From: Patescibacteria group bacterium
GTDB lineage: Bacteria; Patescibacteriota; Minisyncoccia; Phycocordibacterales; JBBTRF01
Direction: 5' to 3'
NCBI GenBank assembly: GCA_038065315.1
Contig: JBBTRF010000002.1
Coordinates: 12,021 to 76,020 of the forward strand
Length of the DNA: 64,000 nucleotides
This document shows positions 57,872 through 64,000 of this stretch, one piece after another. A model generated the notes under the pieces. The model did no database searches, was not told where the DNA came from, and saw only the letters and a program-made list of their open reading frames with translations. The number at the start of each line of letters is the position of its first letter. Within the stretch, counting starts at the first letter, position 1. Both the position numbers and the translations under genes were made by a program.

Positions 57872-58339
57872 ATGACCAGCAAATTCAGCCATTTTGCAGC
57901 AGTCGGACTCCTCGTGGCAGCGGGCTATTCGCTCTCACTCGGTGTCGATGGACGTCAGCAGATAGTCGCGATGTCTGAGGTGGTTGCAGATGTTGCTTCA
58001 GGCGCTGTTGGGCAAGTTGCCGACGTTTCCAAAGACGTCTTGGCCACGGCGAAGCATCTTTCGTTCGCCAACATCTACAACGCCTTCGGTATACTCACCG
58101 GTGCGGTAGAGAATGTTGAAGTGGAGCGATCCGCCGCAGCTGTCTCGCAGGTGTTGGTGGTGACAGAGGCAGACGCCGCTTTATCCGACGAAGAGCAACA
58201 AGCTCTCATTCAAGATTCATTTTCTGATACCGTGAAGGTGGTGCCGGATGCTACAAAAAAATCCGGGACGATTATCCCGGTGTTCCGAGGGGTTGAAGGT
58301 GAAAAGTATTTGTATGTCGCGGTGCCAGTGAAGAAGTAG
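57872..58339 (+). CDS. Hypothetical exported protein, first gene of the surface cluster
   Basis: N-terminal hydrophobic helix; C-terminal IQDSFSD...SGTIIPVF...YLYVAVP. Confidence 0.7.
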   Translation: MTSKFSHFAAVGLLVAAGYSLSLGVDGRQQIVAMSEVVADVASGAVGQVADVSKDVLATAKHLSFANIYNAFGILTGAVENVEVERSAAAVSQVLVVTEADAALSDEEQQALIQDSFSDTVKVVPDATKKSGTIIPVFRGVEGEKYLYVAVPVKK

Positions 58340-58365
58340 GAGGTTTTATTCCACGAAAACATTTA

Positions 58366-59049
58366 ATGATCAAAACATCAACACAGACAATCACAGCTCT
58401 CTCCAGAACGCTAGCACTTGCGCTCATCGGTAGCTTGCTCGCACTTGCGCTATTTCCGGCGATCGAACCATCATTCCTCGTCGCCGCTACGGCAACGGAT
58501 GAAGTCGTGGTGACGTTGAATGTGGGTGCCGGTATCTCGATCACTTCGCCGGCCGACGCCACGATGAGCACCACTATCGGCATCTCGACGACAAAAGCCA
58601 TCGCCACTACGACGTGGAATGTGAAGACCAACAATGCTGCCGGCTATACATTGGCTCTGAAATCCGCTACGTCTTCGACCCCGGCCATGAAGCAAGATTC
58701 CGACAACACCAAGGTCATCGCGGATAACACCGCCGGTGTCACCACGCCAGCTTTGTGGGGTAGTATGGGTGCAAACACTGCTGAATTCGGCTATAGCGGT
58801 TACGGTACGGATGTCACTACGGCAACATATGGCTCGGATAGTAGTTGTGGTGCAACGAGTACACCATCTACGGCTCTGAAATACACATCTTTGCGCACTA
58901 CCGACCGCACATTGGCTTCGCGTTCTTCCACCACGACAGCCGCTGGTGTAGATACTGTCGCCTGCTATGCAGTCGAACAAGGCAGCAACTTCTTCATCGC
59001 TTCCGGAACGTATACCGCCACCGTCACTGCGACTGCTACCACACAATAA
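58366..59049 (+). CDS. Secreted Thr-rich beta protein, WxL/pilin-like (putative major subunit)
   Basis: Signal peptide; TWNVKTNNAAGYTL; Cys pair; C-terminal SGTYTATVTATATT. Confidence 0.7.
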   Translation: MIKTSTQTITALSRTLALALIGSLLALALFPAIEPSFLVAATATDEVVVTLNVGAGISITSPADATMSTTIGISTTKAIATTTWNVKTNNAAGYTLALKSATSSTPAMKQDSDNTKVIADNTAGVTTPALWGSMGANTAEFGYSGYGTDVTTATYGSDSSCGATSTPSTALKYTSLRTTDRTLASRSSTTTAAGVDTVACYAVEQGSNFFIASGTYTATVTATATTQ

Positions 59050-59054
59050 ACACC

Positions 59055-60047
59055 ATGCCCAAGACCACGAGAAAAATTTCCGCTCTCATTTTTCTCCCGC
59101 TCATTGCGACCGCGGTCTTCTTTTCCGTGCCGTTTTTGGCAGAGGCCGCCGTTTCGCCGTTTCAGATCAGTGCGGTCAATGTTGAGCCTGTTGGGGACTT
59201 CGTGCTCGAGCCGGGGAAGATCGACGTGTATCTCGAGCCGGGGGAGACGGTGACACGCACGATTTTTGTCACCAATCGCAATCCACGCAAGATCAATTTT
59301 AGGATCGAGACCGAGGATATTGAAGGAAATCGCGATCCGATCAATCCTGTGACATTGCTTGGCGAAGCTAAAGGTCCGTATCCATTCAAAGATGCGTTGT
59401 TGCCGGCGGTTACGGAATTCGAGCTCGATTTCGGACAGAAGATCGCTATTCCGATCCAGATCAAGATCCCGCTCAACGCTTCTCCAGGCGGCCACTACGC
59501 GGCGGTAATCATTTCCAACGCGCCGAGCAAATTGCAAAAGGATGTTGGCGGTGCGCGTGTCATCTCTCGGCTCGGCGCCTTGTTCTTTGTGCGCGTGAAG
59601 GGCGAAGTGAAAGAAGAAGGGCAGTTGAAGGAAGTGCGTATTGCCGGACCCCAGCAGCTGTTTTATGAAAAAGGCCCTTCAACATTTGAAGTCTTGTTTG
59701 AAAATACCGGTACGGTGCACCTTGTGCCATATGGACGTCTGCGCGTCACCAACCTCTTCGGAGAAACCATCAGTGAAGTGCCGGTCGATGCATATTTTTC
59801 TCTGCCGAGTTCGCTCCGCTATCGTGAGGTGGAATGGCAGCCGGGTTTTCTGCTCGGCAGATATACGGCGAGTGTGGAGCTCTATCGCGGATACAAAAAC
59901 TCCAATGACATCAGCGATACCCAAACCGTTTCATTTTGGGTGATTCCGAAAATGTTACTGCTAGAAATATTCATTGTACTTCTTTTGATTGTCCTGGCGA
60001 TTCGCTACGTTGTCACTCATTTTGAATTCCGAAAACGCAAGGAATAA
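59055..60047 (+). CDS. DUF916/DUF3324-like (WxL-interacting, chaperone-like) protein with C-terminal TM
   Basis: LEPGETVTRTIFVTN, IPLNASPGGHYAAV, FENTGTVHL.PYG, GRYTA; C-terminal TM plus basic tail. Confidence 0.75.
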   Translation: MPKTTRKISALIFLPLIATAVFFSVPFLAEAAVSPFQISAVNVEPVGDFVLEPGKIDVYLEPGETVTRTIFVTNRNPRKINFRIETEDIEGNRDPINPVTLLGEAKGPYPFKDALLPAVTEFELDFGQKIAIPIQIKIPLNASPGGHYAAVIISNAPSKLQKDVGGARVISRLGALFFVRVKGEVKEEGQLKEVRIAGPQQLFYEKGPSTFEVLFENTGTVHLVPYGRLRVTNLFGETISEVPVDAYFSLPSSLRYREVEWQPGFLLGRYTASVELYRGYKNSNDISDTQTVSFWVIPKMLLLEIFIVLLLIVLAIRYVVTHFEFRKRKE

Positions 60048-60057
60048 TAAGGCTTTT

Positions 60058-60813
60058 ATGAGGAATATCACTATTCTCATCCTTAGCATCGGCACGATTT
60101 TTTCCGCACTGCCGGCGAATGTTTTTTCCGCCGTAATGAGTAGCGGTAATTATCAGATCGAGCGCGACTCACTGAATATTGGCGGACTGGATTCGCAAAG
60201 TGCAAGCTACGCTAGTCAAGACACGATCGGCGAGGTGGGGAGTGGGCGTTCCTCGAGTGCCTCCTATGCCGTGAATGGTGGATACCAACAAATGGCCGAC
60301 TCCAGCATCTCGATCACTAGTCCGTCCGATGTCACGATGGAGGCCGTGAGCGGCTTCAGTGGCGGTACGAGTAATGGGTCAACGACGTGGCGGGTGACGA
60401 CAGACAATTCGACAGGATATTCGCTTTCCGTGCGGTCCGCGGCATCACCGGCCATGGTCGGGCAGCTGAATGGTAGTTTTATTCCGAATTATACCCCCGC
60501 GACCTCAGATCCGGACTTTGCTTTCTCTGTAGGCTCGAGCGCTTCGGTGTTTGCATACACCCCAGAAGGGACACATGTGGTACAGAGATTTTTAGACAAC
60601 GGTTCGGCTTGCAACACAGGGAGCGGCACGACGGCCGATGCCTGTTGGGATGCCTTCAGCACGAGCAATGTGCAAGTGGCGAGCAGTGCGTCTGCCAATA
60701 CGCCATCCGGGACTGATACGACGATCAAATACCGTGTCGGTATCGGTGCTTCGCGCTTCCAAGACTCCGGCGTGTATGAGGCGACTATCATCGTGACGGC
60801 AACGACGTTATAA
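60058..60813 (+). CDS. Secreted paralogue of 58366 with an extra N-terminal module (putative tip/minor subunit)
   Basis: Shares ISITSP.D.TM, TTW.V.T.N..GY.L, PAM and SG.Y.AT...TATT with 58366. Confidence 0.7.
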   Translation: MRNITILILSIGTIFSALPANVFSAVMSSGNYQIERDSLNIGGLDSQSASYASQDTIGEVGSGRSSSASYAVNGGYQQMADSSISITSPSDVTMEAVSGFSGGTSNGSTTWRVTTDNSTGYSLSVRSAASPAMVGQLNGSFIPNYTPATSDPDFAFSVGSSASVFAYTPEGTHVVQRFLDNGSACNTGSGTTADACWDAFSTSNVQVASSASANTPSGTDTTIKYRVGIGASRFQDSGVYEATIIVTATTL

Positions 60814-60814
60814 T

Positions 60815-62290
60815 ATGACAATGACACAGTCCGTGTTTTCCGACTTCGGCTTGCGCCACGTTGCTTTCGCGAGCGTGCTTGTTTTTGTGATCTCTTGCAA
60901 GGTACTTGCGGCGACTGCCGCTGATTCCGTGCAGGTTCAATTGCTGGTCGACAACGGTACGTCGACAAGCACCACCACTTCAGATACCGCTACGTCGTCC
61001 TCGTCCTCATCTTCGGCGAGTTCTTTTTTCGCCAACGGCATGCCGAACGGACCGCTCTCGCCGGCGGTAAACCAAAGCGAATTACCGTCGCTGCTCGATG
61101 GGAATGTGCTGGTCTCTGCCGGACAATCGCCAAATACGCGCACAGTATTCCAATGGAAAACATCCGCGCCGACGTCAGCGGTATTTGAGTGGGGCGAGAC
61201 CGCTTTTTATGAAATGGGGAGGGTGAGTTTGCCCATAAATATGGCTCAGAATAAGGATAATTTTGGGTATCTGTACCAAGAAGCCGTGCCGGGTTTTGTG
61301 CCAGGAAAAACGTACTTATACCGCCTGACGGTGCGGGATGAAAATGGGCGAGTGTCCGGGTATCAGGGCACCTATGCGGTGCCTGTCGAGCCGGAACGTA
61401 TCTTGCCGGAAAATGTTTCGGCCGTGGTTCTTAAGCCGGTGTCGACGCCGACTGAAAGACAAATTCTCATCCAATGGGAAAATCCTGATGCAGAAGATTT
61501 TTCCGAAGTGCGTGTAGTGCGATCGCCATTCGGTTTTCCGAAAGATCCGCTCGACGGTCGAGTAGTGTATGAAGGTGGGGCGGAAAATGTCACCGATGCA
61601 TTTGCGGTTGGAGATGTCAGTGAATATTTTTATACGATTTTCGCGAAACGAAAAGATGGGACGTATTCGTCCGGCGCCGTCGCGACGACACGCGGTTTGT
61701 TTGGCGGTGCGACAGCGCCGGACAGGCCGAGTCGCTCTGCACAATCAGTGGCTGATCTAGCGGCGCTCGCCGCCGCTGATTTTTCGGTGACGCTGTATGA
61801 CGCCAACGGCGGCGAGCTCGTCCACAGGCTCTCCGAGACCGGTCTTGTTGTGGTGGCGGGGGAGAGGATTACCATTTCCGCACCGTATGAGAAATTCCCC
61901 GAAGTCCTGAAGACCATTTTGGTGCATATCACGCCGTCGAGATCGGCCCCGGAAGCTATTCCGAATGCTGCCGGTCCGGCTAACAGCACCATGAGTTTTC
62001 TCCTCAGTGTCAATGCGGCAAGTACGGCTTATGAAGCGACTTTTTTGGCGCCGAGTGAAAGCGGCAGTCACGATGTCGAGGTAAAAATTCTTGACTATCA
62101 CTCTGATATATTACGAAATATCACCGCACAAGACGCCTTGAACGTGAAAAAGCCGGAAACGAATTTACGAAATGTCCTGAAAAATGCAAAAAGTCAATTT
62201 AAAAGTGTGGAAAAACCCTTAGTATTAGCCATTTTTATCACCCTGATTCTCCTGACCCTTGCGCTCCGCAAAATAGTGAGGTTTTTTTAG
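60815..62290 (+). CDS. Membrane-anchored surface protein with FN3/Ig-like domains
   Basis: Signal peptide; Ser/Thr linker; W.T...EWG, PGKTYLY, WENP, YTIFA...YSSG; C-terminal TM. Confidence 0.75.
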   Translation: MTMTQSVFSDFGLRHVAFASVLVFVISCKVLAATAADSVQVQLLVDNGTSTSTTTSDTATSSSSSSSASSFFANGMPNGPLSPAVNQSELPSLLDGNVLVSAGQSPNTRTVFQWKTSAPTSAVFEWGETAFYEMGRVSLPINMAQNKDNFGYLYQEAVPGFVPGKTYLYRLTVRDENGRVSGYQGTYAVPVEPERILPENVSAVVLKPVSTPTERQILIQWENPDAEDFSEVRVVRSPFGFPKDPLDGRVVYEGGAENVTDAFAVGDVSEYFYTIFAKRKDGTYSSGAVATTRGLFGGATAPDRPSRSAQSVADLAALAAADFSVTLYDANGGELVHRLSETGLVVVAGERITISAPYEKFPEVLKTILVHITPSRSAPEAIPNAAGPANSTMSFLLSVNAASTAYEATFLAPSESGSHDVEVKILDYHSDILRNITAQDALNVKKPETNLRNVLKNAKSQFKSVEKPLVLAIFITLILLTLALRKIVRFF

Positions 62291-62372
62291 AAAACAGCCA
62301 TAATAATCCACAGTCTGAATCGGCAAAATACTGCTAAAATAAAGGCTAATCGGGCGGAAACGACGATTCGCA

Positions 62373-64000
62373 ATGAAGCGTGTTTTTCACACAATTTCTG
62401 CTGTTGCAAAAAAAGCTTTCACGCTCTTTTTCCTACTCAATTTTGTCTTCTCGCCGACCTTCGAAAATATCCTCCTCAGCTCGAATCTCAGCGCTCCTTT
62501 GGCGGCCCGCATCGCTGAAGCCGCCTTCAACCAGCAGATCAACTACCAAGGCAAGCTCACCGACACATCCAACGTGTCTGTGTCAAACGGTTCGTACAAT
62601 ATCGAGTTCAAGTTGTACACGGCGCTCACTGGCGGCACGGCGATCTGGACCGAGACCTGGTGTAAGGGTACTTCGTGTTCCGGTACTGGTACGGACAGCC
62701 GTATCACCGTCACGAGCGGCCTGTTCAGCACCATGCTCGGCAGCACCACAGCACTCACCAGTGTCGACTTCAATCAGCCGCTCTACCTCAGCATCAACAT
62801 CGGCGGTTCCGCGAGCACTCCGACCTGGGACGGTGAAATGTCGCCGCGAAAAATTCTCGGTGCCGTGCCAGCCGCTTTCCAGGCCAAGCAACTCAACGGC
62901 TTGAACGACACGCAATTCCTCCGCACCGACGCAAACAACTCCACCTCCACCGCGAGTGCGTTCATCACCCTCACGCAGTCGGGCGCCGGCAATATTTTGA
63001 ATCTCGTCGGACAAAGCTCCGCGAGCGTCTTCACAGCGCTCTCGAGTGGCAACGTCGGCATCGGCACCACTTCTCCCGGCCAGAAATTGAGCGTGGCGGG
63101 TGACATTTTGGGGAACAATATTATCGGGAGTTATTTCACCGGCACCTCAACAACAGCCTCGACTCTCGCAGGCGCCTTCACCTCGTCTGGTATTGTCACT
63201 GGCTCTGCACTCGTCGCAAGCTCTGCTTCGGCAACCTCGACTTTTGCCGGTGGACTTGCGATCGAGACTTCGGGACTTGTCTATGACTACTCGACGAACA
63301 ATGTGGGTATCGGGACGGCGAGTCCAGGGTATAAGCTTGATATAAGTGGAACCACCCATATTACCGGAGATGTTACTCTTGATTCTCGCCTTATGATGCC
63401 AGGGGCGGCCGCAACCTTACCAGCTAACTCAATCGGTCTTCAAGATGGAGCGGGTCTTTACAGTAAATACAATGGTGGCTCCTCTCCTCTTTTGATAGCT
63501 GGGTATTCCAGTAACATTCTCCAAATTGGAGAAAGTGGTTATCAAATAAATTCCCCAGGCTCTTCGTTCACACTTACTGGTAGTTTTGCTTCAGGAGCTG
63601 GAAATGATAATGATGCAGCGTATGGAATGGGAGCAGGAAATGACGGTATGTATTTACCTACCACTAACGAAATAGGATTCACAACCCAGAATACAGAAAA
63701 AGTGAGAATTACCGCCGCAGGCAACGTCGGCATCGGCACCACTTCTCCCGGCCAAAAGTTGAGCGTCGCCGGAGACATTTTGGGGAACAATATTATCGGG
63801 AGTTATTTTACGGCGACTTCCACGACCGCCACCTCAAACATCGCAGGCCTCCTCACCGTCACTGGCCTCACCACACTTGGCAACGCTTCCACAACCCAGA
63901 TTGGCTCGACGGGAAATGCATATTTTGCAACGGGTGGTTCTGGGGCAGTGGGAATTGGGACGACGACTAATTTCAGTAGCTTCAAGTTGCTTGTCAAAGC
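62373..64000 (+). CDS. Large secreted fibre/adhesin-like protein with (G/N)VGIGT repeats; truncated by the window end and absent from the ORF track
   Basis: Translated by hand from ATG 62373: MKRVFH...QINYQGKLTD...GLFSTMLG...EMSPRKILGAVPAA, then GNVGIGTTSP repeats; no stop seen. Confidence 0.85.
   Translation, partial: MKRVFHTISAVAKKAFTLFFLLNFVFSPTFENILLSSNLSAPLAARIAEAAFNQQINYQGKLTDTSNVSVSNGSYNIEFKLYTALTGGTAIWTETWCKGTSCSGTGTDSRITVTSGLFSTMLGSTTALTSVDFNQPLYLSINIGGSASTPTWDGEMSPRKILGAVPAAFQAKQLNGLNDTQFLRTDANNSTSTASAFITLTQSGAGNILNLVGQSSASVFTALSSGNVGIGTTSPGQKLSVAGDILGNNIIGSYFTGTSTTASTLAGAFTSSGIVTGSALVASSASATSTFAGGLAIETSGLVYDYSTNNVGIGTASPGYKLDISGTTHITGDVTLDSRLMMPGAAATLPANSIGLQDGAGLYSKYNGGSSPLLIAGYSSNILQIGESGYQINSPGSSFTLTGSFASGAGNDNDAAYGMGAGNDGMYLPTTNEIGFTTQNTEKVRITAAGNVGIGTTSPGQKLSVAGDILGNNIIGSYFTATSTTATSNIAGLLTVTGLTTLGNASTTQIGSTGNAYFATGGSGAVGIGTTTNFSSFKLLVK
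63048..63811 (+). repeat. In-frame ~92-nt direct repeat (starts 63048 and 63720)
   Basis: Both copies encode GNVGIGTTSPGQKLSVAGDILGNNIIGSYFT and differ only synonymously. Confidence 0.92.

Noticed and set aside
62380-62904. 174-aa ORF from the track
   Set aside because: Out-of-frame shadow of the gene that starts at 62373.
63048-63811. DGR template/variable repeat pair
   Set aside because: Differences are synonymous and not adenine-specific, both copies are in frame in one gene, and no reverse transcriptase is present.

Overview
Chromosomal segment of a bacterium using genetic code 11, most likely Patescibacteria/CPR (Parcubacteria-like). This is inferred from gene content and from many leaderless genes, not from a marker gene. 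In order it holds: a minus-strand cell-wall cluster (ATP-grasp ligase, cytoplasmic NlpC/P60-like protein, MraY, EamA); a VirD4-like ATPase and a lamin-tail/PKD surface protein; a ~27 kb surface-glycan locus (GT4/GT2/GT11, methyltransferases, TPP E1 alpha/beta, AsnB, Wzm/Wzt, O-antigen-ligase/TPR); housekeeping genes (murB, secA, cls, eno, gpmI, obgE, gatB); a block of monocistronic accessory genes between eno and gpmI; and a secreted-protein cluster ending in a fibre-like gene cut by the window edge. I found no rRNA, tRNA, CRISPR array, integrase or transposase. Best candidates for undescribed systems: (1) an orphan MazF/PemK toxin facing a convergent, separately promoted ~165-nt RNA made of two 54-nt repeats, each able to form a ToxI-like pseudoknot (a possible type III-like toxin-antitoxin pair); (2) a putative usher-free donor-strand pilus operon in which the shaft pilin and a membrane anchor share the same N-terminal strand; (3) recurrent in-frame hairpin insertions in housekeeping genes. 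All calls come from reading motifs by eye; no searches were run.
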